A program made the translations under genes and the position numbers. The notes beneath the pieces are model-generated. The model was not told where the DNA came from. It was given only the letters and a program-made list of their open reading frames with translations, and made no database searches. 64,000 nt of DNA from an uncultured Gammaproteobacteria bacterium (GTDB taxonomy: Bacteria > Patescibacteriota > Microgenomatia > UBA1406 > GWC2-37-13), in contig CAYPZT010000001.1 of assembly GCA_964415435.1 (NCBI GenBank), positions 870 to 64,869 of the forward strand, read 5' to 3'. Positions 26,431 to 34,959 of this stretch are shown here, in pieces; within the stretch, counting starts at the first letter, position 1, and each line of letters opens with the position of its first letter.

Positions 26431-26631
26431 TCAGTCTTCTTTGCCGGATTTGGTAACACCTGTGCCTTTTTCAGCATCTCCGCTTTCTATAGTCTGCTTA
26501 ATCTGCCTCTGCGCCTCATCCTCAGCGGCCTTGAAATTACTACCGCTCAGTTTCGCCGCTACATGCGTTTTCATCTTCTTCTCGTAAAGCATCTGCTGAA
26601 ACGATTTGTCTTTAAATGTTCCTTCTCCCAT
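26431..26631 (-). CDS. 66-aa hydrophilic small protein, unknown
   Basis: Only the last 66 codons (MGEGTFKDKSFQQMLYEKK...) of track ORF 26431..27033 look protein-like; TATATT lies 8 nt upstream. Confidence 0.35.
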   Translation of the reverse strand: MGEGTFKDKSFQQMLYEKKMKTHVAAKLSGSNFKAAEDEAQRQIKQTIESGDAEKGTGVTKSGKED

Positions 26632-26734
26632 ATTCAGAGAATATAAGAAAAAACTACAAAAAGCAATTTTCCCTGAACCAACGACTAAAGAAAACAGATT
26701 GTATAACCTATAGTAATATGATATATTACACTCT

Positions 26735-27166
26735 ATGTCCCTTGAACAGGCCATACAGACAAGATTTCTTCCCGCAGACAGAGAGCTCAACGAATTCAGG
26801 GGGCCGGTGTGTCCCGAATGGGAAATGTGGTGGAGAAAAATTGCATCAAAGGCGAAAATAAATAAAAGCGGTTTTCTTGAGATGGATAATCGAATCGTCG
26901 GCGCCAGGTATACCGGTAATTTATACGGAGATGCCAGCGTCTTCGAAAATGAGGAGTATTTAGGGTCAGGAACTGTTTTGGTAAAAAACCACGAACGCGA
27001 TAATCGGCTCCGCAGTCTGATCGGGGTAACCAACGGCTTAACGGTGGTAGAGGGGTATGTGTTTACCGTTGAGTTGTCCAGAAATAACGACTTTGTAGTT
27101 CTCAGGGCTGCACAGGAGGCCGATCAGGCTCTTCTTGGCAACTTTTTCAACAACTGCACACTATAG
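26735..27166 (+). CDS. 143-aa soluble protein, unknown
   Basis: Extended -10 TGaTATATT (26719-26727) lies 7 nt upstream of the ATG; composition is protein-like, unlike the overlapping minus-strand ORF. Confidence 0.55.
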   Translation: MSLEQAIQTRFLPADRELNEFRGPVCPEWEMWWRKIASKAKINKSGFLEMDNRIVGARYTGNLYGDASVFENEEYLGSGTVLVKNHERDNRLRSLIGVTNGLTVVEGYVFTVELSRNNDFVVLRAAQEADQALLGNFFNNCTL

Positions 27167-27173
27167 TAGTGCT

Positions 27174-27368
27174 TTACTTTGCGTAGCTCTCCAAATATCC
27201 GCAGTTTGTGCAACGATATGATCTGATTTTATAGTTGGGTTTGCCAATAGGAATATTCACTTCTTTACCTTTTTGCCAGTCTTGCTGTTGGGGCATAAGT
27301 GTTCCCCATGATCCTTGATCAACTGGCATTCCTTCTTCCATTTCTCCCTGACACTTTGGACATTTCAT
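27174..27368 (-). CDS. 64-aa zinc-ribbon protein
   Basis: MKCPKCQGEM...YRCTNCGYLESY, two CxxC pairs. Confidence 0.65.
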   Translation of the reverse strand: MKCPKCQGEMEEGMPVDQGSWGTLMPQQQDWQKGKEVNIPIGKPNYKIRSYRCTNCGYLESYAK

Positions 27369-27419
27369 ATCTCTATTATAAATCAGCTCCTATAAATTAC
27401 GATGCAGAGAACTTTATCC

Positions 27420-27908
27420 TCAATTTCCATAGGTAACGCGCAACGCATCTCCTGGTTGTATCCGCAGATCTAGCGCGTCCGAAGATTCAGTTCCGTTTAG
27501 GAAAAAATGCAGTTTTTCTGTGGCCGAGTTGCAAAATGTTTGTCCTGTGCCGGTCACTAAACATTCTTTGGTGAGCGTAAAAGGAAGAGTTTCAAAAAAG
27601 TCTACCCATGTGATTCCCGGTTTTGTAACATGTACAACGCTTGGGTCAGGGTTCTCGATATAAGCGTTCGGAGACTTATTATGATACATGGCGGCGGTAA
27701 AAATCCGCTTCGTGCCCTGTGTATATATTTCAAATGATGCCGTGAATTCCTCCTGCGTCGGTGTTACTGTGGAAACCGATATGCCGTTTGGAGTAGGCGC
27801 CTGCACATTGGGTTTTTCTTGACTTTGACCAGGATATAACCGCAAGCCCGCAATCAAAACGATGAGGGTGCACAAAGCCAGGACGAGGAAGCTCGTTTTC
27901 TTGTTCAC
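27420..27908 (-). CDS. membrane-anchored exported protein, unknown
   Basis: GTG start, anchor SFLVLALCTLIVLIAGL, ~130-aa extracytoplasmic domain. Confidence 0.65.
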   Translation of the reverse strand: MNKKTSFLVLALCTLIVLIAGLRLYPGQSQEKPNVQAPTPNGISVSTVTPTQEEFTASFEIYTQGTKRIFTAAMYHNKSPNAYIENPDPSVVHVTKPGITWVDFFETLPFTLTKECLVTGTGQTFCNSATEKLHFFLNGTESSDALDLRIQPGDALRVTYGN

Positions 27909-27948
27909 ACTCTCAGTGTATCAAAAGTTGATTGCGACAACAAAACTT

Positions 27949-28329
27949 TCAGCCTTCCACTTCAACCTGAAAACCTCCATAGGCCATTCGCTTCATGTCA
28001 AAAGGCATTACCATGTTCTTATATTCTTCCGCCTTCTTGCCCATTTCCTCCATCACTTTGGCGTTAACTTCGTCTCGATGTTCTTTGGATTTAAAGACGA
28101 TAAACGAAAACCAGACTGTTTCATCGGTTGCTGCACCGGCCATATCGGTAAATGCACGGGCCTTTTCGCCGCCCATCTCCTGGGGGACGAGATCATCGCC
28201 ACGGCATTCATAATACTCAAGCGCACCCAATTTCATCCACATATCGCGGCCTTCTTCCGCCATTTTTTTGTATGCCTCAACCTTGTCTTTTGGCACCACG
28301 AGTACGAATCCGTCTACATACTTTGCCAT
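27949..28329 (-). CDS. DUF1428 family protein
   Basis: MAKYVDGFVLVVPKDKVEAYKKMAEEG...WMKLGALEYYEC matches the DUF1428 pattern from memory. Confidence 0.8.
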   Translation of the reverse strand: MAKYVDGFVLVVPKDKVEAYKKMAEEGRDMWMKLGALEYYECRGDDLVPQEMGGEKARAFTDMAGAATDETVWFSFIVFKSKEHRDEVNAKVMEEMGKKAEEYKNMVMPFDMKRMAYGGFQVEVEG

Positions 28330-28482
28330 AATTATTCATTCCTTAAATTAGTAATTTTTCTATTATACACAGGAAATATATGTTTATATTAGAGCAGTTT
28401 TTTGAGCAAGTCCTATGCAAGATGTTACATAGCTCGCCTTATCACATTACGTATAGTTCAAGTTAAATGATAAACTGATTAT

Positions 28483-28758
28483 ATGACGATACTTGCAGGC
28501 CTAGCTACAGTAACTGGTGTTTTTTTGGGACTGGGAAGTCTTCCTCAGGCAGTTAAAATTTTCCGGACAAAAAAGGCCCGTGATATTGCTCCCACAACAT
28601 ATGTAATCATGGTGGTTGGATCGTCCGTCTGGATTCTCTATGGAATGGAGCTGAAGAGTCTGCCAATAATGCTCCCCAATATACTGGGAGTTATCCTCGG
28701 AACGGTAATATTAGTAGGTTGGTTCACTTATGGAAGGCCGACCAAAAAACACCGTTGA
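28483..28758 (+). CDS. SemiSWEET (PQ-loop) sugar transporter
   Basis: 91 aa, three TM helices, PQ motif LPQAVKIFRTKKARDIA. Extended -10 TGaTAAACT lies 6 nt upstream. Confidence 0.85.
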   Translation: MTILAGLATVTGVFLGLGSLPQAVKIFRTKKARDIAPTTYVIMVVGSSVWILYGMELKSLPIMLPNILGVILGTVILVGWFTYGRPTKKHR

Positions 28759-28780
28759 CTGAATATTCAACCTATAGGAC

Positions 28781-29401
28781 TTAAAATCCAAGCTTTTCTT
28801 TAACTAAGACTATCGTTATTTTCCTACCAGCCATCGGATTTTCGCCGTTAATAATAAGTATCTTATTAAGCTGCGTTCCCATACCATATTTCTGCATCAT
28901 ATTTTCATTTTCCAAAGGTACGACATACTCCTTTAGCCGTTTCATTGCTTCTTTAAGATCAGCAGTAATTTTTTGCGTTCCAACAATCAGTATCACATTC
29001 GTTGAAGAATACGCAACATGAGGCAGCTGGCTTCCTGTATTGGAGGCGACAACAAATTCACCTTCTTCTGTCACGGCATGAGCGCTTCCAAGGTAATAAT
29101 CGGCAAGCAATGCTTGTTTACGAAGTATAGCCTGTTTAGTAGGATCTTTTTCTGTCAGTATTGTTTCGTGTTGATTGTTCCAACCATGATCGCCCGACTT
29201 CAGATGTTCTATAAAACCGATCTGCTCGAGAGTTCTTGACGAACCGTTCATAACAGAAACGCCTCGAGGGATAAGCTCAAGGACTCTTTCATGAGCCTCC
29301 TTCCCTGTCTCTACCACGATCGAGTTAATATTATGTTCTTTCAATCGTGCAACAGTTCTCTCGATTGATTCCTGGTTCGCAAGTTCATCAAATTTTTTCA
29401 T
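28781..29401 (-). CDS. LUD domain (lactate-utilisation LutC/DUF162-like) protein
   Basis: 206 aa; MKKFDELANQESIERTVARLKEHNINSIVVETGKEAHERVLELIP... matches the family N-terminus from memory. Confidence 0.75.
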   Translation of the reverse strand: MKKFDELANQESIERTVARLKEHNINSIVVETGKEAHERVLELIPRGVSVMNGSSRTLEQIGFIEHLKSGDHGWNNQHETILTEKDPTKQAILRKQALLADYYLGSAHAVTEEGEFVVASNTGSQLPHVAYSSTNVILIVGTQKITADLKEAMKRLKEYVVPLENENMMQKYGMGTQLNKILIINGENPMAGRKITIVLVKEKLGF

Positions 29402-29493
29402 ATTATTTTGTGAATGAATAATAAATAGATTATATACCTATTACTTTAATATGTAAAGTAGTTACAAAAAGTAAAGCATGATATAATATAAAT

Positions 29494-29799
29494 ATGAGGC
29501 ATGATACTAATGATTGCGGAGTTACAAAAACGCTTAAAATTATAGGAAGCAAATGGTCCCTCCGCATTCTGCATGAGCTTTGTAGTGAAAAAAAACGATT
29601 TGGCCAGCTACAGAAATCTCTTGACGGAATCAGTCCTCGTACCCTATCTTATCGCTTAAAAGAGTTAGAGAAAGAAGGCTTATTAACCAAAAAAGTTCTT
29701 CCCGTTGTTCCTCTTCATGTTGAGTACACTCTAACCCCAAAGGGAAAAGCGCTTAAAGATATCTTCAATAAAATGGAGGAGTGGGGAAATTCAGTGTGA
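29494..29799 (+). CDS. HxlR family transcriptional regulator
   Basis: GSKWSLRILHEL...RFGQLQKSLDGISPRTLSYRLKELEKEGLL. Extended -10 TGaTATAAT lies 6 nt upstream. Confidence 0.9.
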   Translation: MRHDTNDCGVTKTLKIIGSKWSLRILHELCSEKKRFGQLQKSLDGISPRTLSYRLKELEKEGLLTKKVLPVVPLHVEYTLTPKGKALKDIFNKMEEWGNSV

Positions 29800-29813
29800 A
29801 ACTACTTAAAGGT

Positions 29814-30236
29814 CTATGAAGAAAATTCAACTATCCACTCAATACCGTATTTATCACGAAACATACCTGCATATGAACCCCAAGGACTATCACCCATAGA
29901 TCCTTCTACTTCTCCACCAGTCGAAAGACCAGTAAATAATCGGTCCGCCTCTTCCCTACTTGCCGCATTTACTAAAATCTTGCTTCTATTTTCACGCTCA
30001 TTTACTCGCCCTAAAACCTCGGGGACATCATTGGCTATCAACATACTGCCATTACCTATAGGTAGGGCAATATACATTATTTTGTTTTCTTCTTTTTCGG
30101 GCACTGAGAATTCGGCACTCGCAATGTCTTTAAAACGTACTATTTTCATAAACTCTCCGCCGAATACTGATTTATAAAACGTAAATGCTTCTTCAGCATT
30201 ACCATTGAAGTTAATCCAAGGATTTATTGTAGCCAT
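29814..30236 (-). CDS. VOC family protein (PhnB-like)
   Basis: MATINPWINFNGNAEEAFTFYKSVFGGEF... and ...DKYGIEWIV typical of the PhnB/3-demethylubiquinone-MT-like VOC subgroup. Confidence 0.8.
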   Translation of the reverse strand: MATINPWINFNGNAEEAFTFYKSVFGGEFMKIVRFKDIASAEFSVPEKEENKIMYIALPIGNGSMLIANDVPEVLGRVNERENRSKILVNAASREEADRLFTGLSTGGEVEGSMGDSPWGSYAGMFRDKYGIEWIVEFSS

Positions 30237-30256
30237 GCGTTATATGATATCAAATT

Positions 30257-30412
30257 TTGCTCCCTGAGCCTTGGGCTAATATAACAATAGATTTCGAGAC
30301 TATTATTCATGCTTTTCAAGATGTTCGTTACATTGGTGAATTAAGACAAAGATGGAATGAAATTAAAAAGCTACAAAATTGCAACATTCAACAGTCTAAT
30401 TTACGTGTCTAG
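30257..30412 (+). CDS. candidate 51-aa mini-ORF (paralog of 30803..30934); could be a gene remnant
   Basis: TTG start; ...ANITIDFETIIHAFQDVRYIGELRQRWNEIKKL... aligns with the second mini-ORF at protein level. Confidence 0.3.
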   Translation: MLPEPWANITIDFETIIHAFQDVRYIGELRQRWNEIKKLQNCNIQQSNLRV

Positions 30413-30420
30413 ATTGTAAG

Positions 30421-30747
30421 TTAATCACAATTAGGAACTCCCATAAAGCATGGCCATTGGTCAATTACTAATCCTACAAATATCCATGCCAGTAAAATGA
30501 GGACAGCCACTTTTACTACAAGAAAAAAGAGACTTGCATCTGTTTTCTTCTCGCCCTGCAAACTTCGCAAAATAGACCCAAGTATAAATATAAAAATACT
30601 ACCTGAAAACCACATTATAAAAAACAACGGGGGTATGCCTAATGACCAAAAGCCAGGAGTGTTTATCCATTCAAGGATGATAAACGGTGCAGTTAGAAAG
30701 AAGCCTCCTAATGCTGCTACGATAGGCTTGTTTAGTAACCTACTCAT
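30421..30747 (-). CDS. 108-aa three-helix membrane protein, unknown
   Basis: Hydrophobic segments and a C-terminal CFMGVPNCD. Confidence 0.6.
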   Translation of the reverse strand: MSRLLNKPIVAALGGFFLTAPFIILEWINTPGFWSLGIPPLFFIMWFSGSIFIFILGSILRSLQGEKKTDASLFFLVVKVAVLILLAWIFVGLVIDQWPCFMGVPNCD

Positions 30748-30802
30748 AACATGATTATAGCAAAAACTTAAAATCCGAAGAAATCCATAGAAAACCGTAG
30801 AA

Positions 30803-30934
30803 ATGCTCGAGGATCGTAACGTTAATATAACCAGTCAATTAGCCCGTATATTCATAGTTTTTGAAGATTTTAGATTCATTAGCCAGTTAAGGGAGGAAAT
30901 GGAGAAAATACAGACAGAGGTGATCAATCTTTAG
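30803..30934 (+). CDS. candidate 43-aa mini-ORF (paralog of 30257..30412)
   Basis: MLEDRNVNITSQLARIFIVFEDFRFISQLREEMEKIQTEVINL; its 3' end overlaps the convergent deacetylase gene by 11 nt. Confidence 0.3.
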   Translation: MLEDRNVNITSQLARIFIVFEDFRFISQLREEMEKIQTEVINL

Positions 30935-31661
30935 TTTCGTATGAAAGCAATTCAGTCACTGTCACAAATTTATATCCCTTTGATTGAAGTAAATCTATTA
31001 TTTGTCCGACTGCTTGCCTACTGCTGGAACATGCTTCGCAAAAAGGATGAAGCAATATAATTGATCCTGGCTGCGTTCGCCCTACTGTATGTTCAACCAA
31101 AAATCGCGTCTTTTCACTATCACTTTCCAATTGAGGCATGTATGTTTCCGCTTCTACATCTACCATGATTGTTTTGATGCCATGTTGGGAAAGGTACCAA
31201 GGGAGGGCAAATAACTTTTTTCCGAATGGTGGGCGAAAGGTAATTTCCCCTTTATAACCAGTATTGCGAATTAAATCGTTGGTTTTTTCTATCTCTGATT
31301 CAACAAACGATGGTGATTTAAGCAGGAATCGCTGATGTGAATATGAATGATTTCCGAGCTCATTGCCGTTTTCAACAATATATTTAGCCTCGTCTGGATT
31401 TTGTTCGATATTTTGCCCGATTGCATAAAACGTAGCTTTGATGCCTTTTTCATTCAATAAATCTACAACTTCATTCGAATGCTTCGTGGGTGCGTCGTCA
31501 AACGTTAGTGCTATTACTTTTTCACTTGTATTAACCCTAGGGACGATACCGCCGAAAAACTGGAATGTTCTAGATTTGCTGATTTGAAACAAAATATAAC
31601 CACTCATCAGCACTAGGGTAAAAATTACTATTGCAATAAAAATAGAACGCTTACTCTTCAT
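30924..31661 (-). CDS. polysaccharide deacetylase (NodB homology domain)
   Basis: LTFDDAP, HSYSH, LLHP motifs; N-terminal anchor; ATG at 31661 preferred to TTG at 31664. Confidence 0.9.
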   Translation of the reverse strand: MKSKRSIFIAIVIFTLVLMSGYILFQISKSRTFQFFGGIVPRVNTSEKVIALTFDDAPTKHSNEVVDLLNEKGIKATFYAIGQNIEQNPDEAKYIVENGNELGNHSYSHQRFLLKSPSFVESEIEKTNDLIRNTGYKGEITFRPPFGKKLFALPWYLSQHGIKTIMVDVEAETYMPQLESDSEKTRFLVEHTVGRTQPGSIILLHPFCEACSSSRQAVGQIIDLLQSKGYKFVTVTELLSYETKD

Positions 31662-31757
31662 CAATACATTATATCAAGAAGTAGCTGGGGATATTAACCA
31701 CATTTTGGTTATATTAAGTATCTAACAGGTTTAAATTTCAAGGCTATTTTGTTTATG

Positions 31758-31830
31758 CTCCCCCGGCTGGACTCGAACCAGCAACCTCATTCTTAACAGG
31801 AATTTGCTCTACCGATTGAGCTACAGGGGA
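31758..31830 (-). tRNA. tRNA-Asn (GTT)
   Basis: Hand-folded: acceptor TCCCCTG/CGGGGGA, D arm GCTC-AATCGGTA-GAGC, anticodon loop CTGTTAA, T arm GCTGG-TTCGAGT-CCAGC, discriminator G; 73 nt, no encoded CCA. Confidence 0.9.
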
Positions 31831-31902
31831 TCGGAGGCTATTGCCTCTCTATATTACCAAAAAAGCGCCTGTTTTGCGATCCAAAATGTATAATAATTGC
31901 AT

Positions 31903-32376
31903 ATGACTATGCCCAAAAGACCAAACTGGGATGAGTACTTCATGCAGATAGCTCAGGACACCAAGACCCGCTCGAACTGCATTACCCGCCAGGTAGGCGC
32001 CATAATAGTCAGGGATCATAGGATCATCGCAACTGGATATAACGGCACTCCGATGGGTATAAAAAACTGTTTTGAAGGAGGATGTGAACGGTGTATCCGC
32101 CGGTCAAAGGGTGAGCTCAAGTCCGGTGAGCAGGAGGATCGCTGCATCTGTGTACACGCAGAACAAAATGCGATCGTGCAGTCTGCCTATCACGGAATCT
32201 CAACACGGGGCGGCGTACTTTTCACGACTGCAAGTCCCTGCCGTAACTGTACGAAGATGATCATCAATGCCGGTATTAAAGAGGTTGTTGCTCTGGAGCG
32301 GTATCCTGATGATCTTTCGTTTGATCTTTTCAAAGAAGCCCGTATTCCGGTACGGATGCTCAAAAAGGAAGCGTGA
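31903..32376 (+). CDS. dCMP (deoxycytidylate) deaminase
   Basis: HAEQNAI zinc/catalytic motif and PCRNCTKMI; TATAAT (31889-31894) lies 8 nt upstream of ATG 31903. Confidence 0.9.
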   Translation: MTMPKRPNWDEYFMQIAQDTKTRSNCITRQVGAIIVRDHRIIATGYNGTPMGIKNCFEGGCERCIRRSKGELKSGEQEDRCICVHAEQNAIVQSAYHGISTRGGVLFTTASPCRNCTKMIINAGIKEVVALERYPDDLSFDLFKEARIPVRMLKKEA

Positions 32377-32938
32377 GCGGGGTTTCCGTCTTTCCTGAGG
32401 ACTCCATATACTGTTTCCAATCTACCCGTATCGACATACGCCCTCTCTCATTCTGATAGTAGATCTCACCATTCTGAACTCCATAGTCAAATATCTCTTT
32501 TGTGAGCGTCACATCATCTGCGCAGTACTGCCTCAGCTCGTCCAGCCGCCCCTCCCTGTACATATCTATCGCCATGAGACCGTGTCCTGTTTTCTTTTTG
32601 CCGAGCGTTGTCGTGATAAGGTCATTGAGAGCCAGTCTTCTGCCTATCTTTTCACGAATATCATCAAGAATGTCAAAGACTGGAAAATGGTCAATGTTCC
32701 CGGCATAGTAAGGCCTCAAAACCGCCAGATCGAAGCTTTTTACGTTGAATCCGACTATGTAGGAAGCGTTTTCAAGCAGGGGAAAAAGCTTATTGAGTTC
32801 ATTTTCAAAGAAAGCGTACGGCTTACCGGTGGCATAATCATAAACGGCAACAACGGTTATACCAAGCTTTTCAGCTTCGGCAAATTCGCGGAATGTATGT
32901 TTTGTTTCAAGATCAAGAACGAGTGGAAAGTGGCCCAT
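32360..32938 (-). CDS. RNase H-like / DEDD-type 3'-5' exonuclease domain protein
   Basis: LVLDLET (ExoI-like), GFNVKSFDL (ExoII-like), YCADDV (ExoIII-like). Confidence 0.7.
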   Translation of the reverse strand: MGHFPLVLDLETKHTFREFAEAEKLGITVVAVYDYATGKPYAFFENELNKLFPLLENASYIVGFNVKSFDLAVLRPYYAGNIDHFPVFDILDDIREKIGRRLALNDLITTTLGKKKTGHGLMAIDMYREGRLDELRQYCADDVTLTKEIFDYGVQNGEIYYQNERGRMSIRVDWKQYMESSGKTETPLTLPF

Positions 32939-32944
32939 AAATAG

Positions 32945-33346
32945 TTAGTTTATTTTTCTATCGATAGAAGATTCTCTATATATTTCCATCTCAAGCTTAG
33001 GTCCGGGACCAAGCGCCGTTTCCTTCCTAAAGCTTGCTTTGTTGAGTTTTGACTGATATTCATCGTAAAGTTTCTCGAACATATCATATATAACTTCGCG
33101 ATTTTTTCCTTCCATGTCATAATATTTCTTCTGGAATATCTCATCCAGTTTTCCCAGACTCCAAAGCATCTCAATAAATGTATCGTTTGCCACATCGATA
33201 TTCGTAATATCACCTTCTATCGGCCGTATCCGAAACTGCATAAGACGGATGTCTTCGTACATTTTTCTTACAGATGGCTTTCGCCTGATGATTTTCTGGA
33301 AGGCGGTAATAATCTGAGCTGGGGAGACAGTTTTTTTTCTGATCAT
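32945..33346 (-). CDS. 133-aa hypothetical protein
   Basis: ORF with protein-like composition, tightly packed upstream of the exonuclease gene. Confidence 0.6.
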   Translation of the reverse strand: MIRKKTVSPAQIITAFQKIIRRKPSVRKMYEDIRLMQFRIRPIEGDITNIDVANDTFIEMLWSLGKLDEIFQKKYYDMEGKNREVIYDMFEKLYDEYQSKLNKASFRKETALGPGPKLEMEIYRESSIDRKIN

Positions 33347-33362
33347 AGGGTATAATACCAGT

Positions 33363-33797
33363 ATGCTACTCGATCAACTTAAAAATGACCAGCTCAAGGC
33401 CATGAAAAGCAAAGATCAGGCCAAACTTACAACGGTAAGGTATATTGTAGCACAAGTAAAAAACAAAGAAATCGACAAAAACGCACCTCTTACCGATGAG
33501 GAGGTTATGGGGGTTCTTAAAAAATTTGCGACCGACCTCAAGGAGTCTATTGCTGCTTTCCAAAAAGGAAATCGTACTGATCTCGTCGCCGAAACCGAGG
33601 CACAGCTGACGATCGTTTCTTCGTACCTGCCTCCAGAGATGAGTGATGAAGAACTGAAAAAGGCAGTCGAAGAGCTTGTTGCCGCTAACAAAGCAGTTTT
33701 CGATCAGAATCCAAAGGCACTTATCGGAATCTGCGTCAAAAGTCTGAAAGACCGGGCTTCCACCGATCGCATTATCAAAACTCTGAACACGCTTTAA
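33363..33797 (+). CDS. GatB/YqeY domain protein
   Basis: LKNDQLKAMKSKDQAKLTTVRYIVAQVKNKEI... family pattern; TATAAT lies 6 nt upstream. Confidence 0.9.
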   Translation: MLLDQLKNDQLKAMKSKDQAKLTTVRYIVAQVKNKEIDKNAPLTDEEVMGVLKKFATDLKESIAAFQKGNRTDLVAETEAQLTIVSSYLPPEMSDEELKKAVEELVAANKAVFDQNPKALIGICVKSLKDRASTDRIIKTLNTL

Positions 33798-33842
33798 GGC
33801 AGATATTGTTTCTGTTTCTGCTTCTGTTTTTTATAATATAGT

Positions 33843-34181
33843 ATGAAGTCGCTTCGTACCATCGGTATCGTGCTGTTATTACTCTTTCTCATTACATCTT
33901 TCATAAAAAATTTTCTGGACTACCAAAATAAAAAAGCATTTTTTGAAAACTATAAGAAACAGTACGAGACCGAAAAGAAGCGGAGTCTAGAGCTAAAAAC
34001 CGCGCTCCTCAAAAAAAGCGATCTCAATGAGATTGAAAAGATCATCCGCAACAAGCTGAACCTTGTCAAGCCAGGAGAGCTCACGGTTATCCTCCCTCAG
34101 CCGACACCAACACTCATTATTATTACCCCCACTCCGGCACCAAACTGGAGACAATGGGCAGACTTATACATACATCAATGA
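33843..34181 (+). CDS. septum formation initiator (FtsB/DivIC-like)
   Basis: N-terminal TM, coiled-coil, IRNKLNLVKPGE motif, then a PT tail. Confidence 0.7.
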   Translation: MKSLRTIGIVLLLLFLITSFIKNFLDYQNKKAFFENYKKQYETEKKRSLELKTALLKKSDLNEIEKIIRNKLNLVKPGELTVILPQPTPTLIIITPTPAPNWRQWADLYIHQ

Positions 34182-34735
34182 TAAAACGTATATACAGCTA
34201 TATTATTGATTCCGTTGAAACCATCGTTTTTGTCCTATCTCTTTATATCGTTGTCTATATATTTTTCTTCATGCCTTCGGAGGTGCGCGGATCATCAATG
34301 GAACCAACACTTCACACAAAGGAGAGACTCATCATCAATAAGTTTATTTACCGTTTCCGGGAGGTTGAACGAGGAGATATTGTTGTTCTCCAATCACCTC
34401 ATAATCCCGATGTAGATTACATAAAGCGCGTCATTGGACTGCCTGGCGACAAGATCCGCATTGAAAATGGAAGGGTGTATGTAAACAATGAGATTATTCC
34501 CGATCTTTTTACAACTGCAGAAACTCGATTGTGGGAAGGTGGAAGATTTGAAGAGGGAAAGACATACCCTGTCCCCGCAGAGTCTTTGTTTGTCCTAGGC
34601 GATAATAGGCCACGCTCATCGGACTCCAGAGAGTTCGGATTTGTGCCTCTGGACTCAATTGTGGGTAAAGCCGTCCTTCGTTTCTACCCTCCCGAAAAGT
34701 TTGGCTTCATCGAAAATCCCTTGTCCGATGATTGA
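34178..34735 (+). CDS. lepB: signal peptidase I
   Basis: GSSMEPTL (Ser), YIKRVIGLPGD (Lys), GDNRPRSSDSR boxes. ATG 34178 forms an ATGA overlap with the upstream stop. Confidence 0.9.
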   Translation: MIKRIYSYIIDSVETIVFVLSLYIVVYIFFFMPSEVRGSSMEPTLHTKERLIINKFIYRFREVERGDIVVLQSPHNPDVDYIKRVIGLPGDKIRIENGRVYVNNEIIPDLFTTAETRLWEGGRFEEGKTYPVPAESLFVLGDNRPRSSDSREFGFVPLDSIVGKAVLRFYPPEKFGFIENPLSDD

Positions 34736-34774
34736 TAATCTGGCACTCGTAAGGTATACTTAAGCACAACATTT

Positions 34775-34844
34775 TACGGGGTAGTGTACGGTTGCACAGA
34801 AGGCTCATAATCTTCTAGACCAGGTTCAACTCCCGGCCCCGTAA
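34775..34844 (+). tRNA. tRNA with CAT anticodon (Met or Ile2), atypically compact (70 nt)
   Basis: Hand-folded: acceptor TACGGGG/CCCCGTA (U1-A72), D arm GTGT-ACGGTT-GCAC, anticodon arm GAAGG-CTCATAA-TCTTC, 4-nt variable region, T arm CCAGG-TTCAACT-CCCGG with one A-C mismatch, discriminator A. Confidence 0.5.
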
Positions 34845-34959
34845 CAAGATACCGTTCGGCACCTTGCTTCGCCAGAAGCATTTTTAAATCGCCGCAGACG
34901 GGTATAGAATTGTACCCGTCCATCCGTAATACACCGCGATCTTTGTTATAATTCTTTTC

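Noticed and set aside
26431-27033. 200-aa minus-strand ORF
   Set aside because: Its N-terminal two thirds overlap the better-supported plus-strand gene 26735..27166 and read as low-quality sequence. Only the last 66 codons, from ATG 26631, are kept as a low-confidence small CDS.
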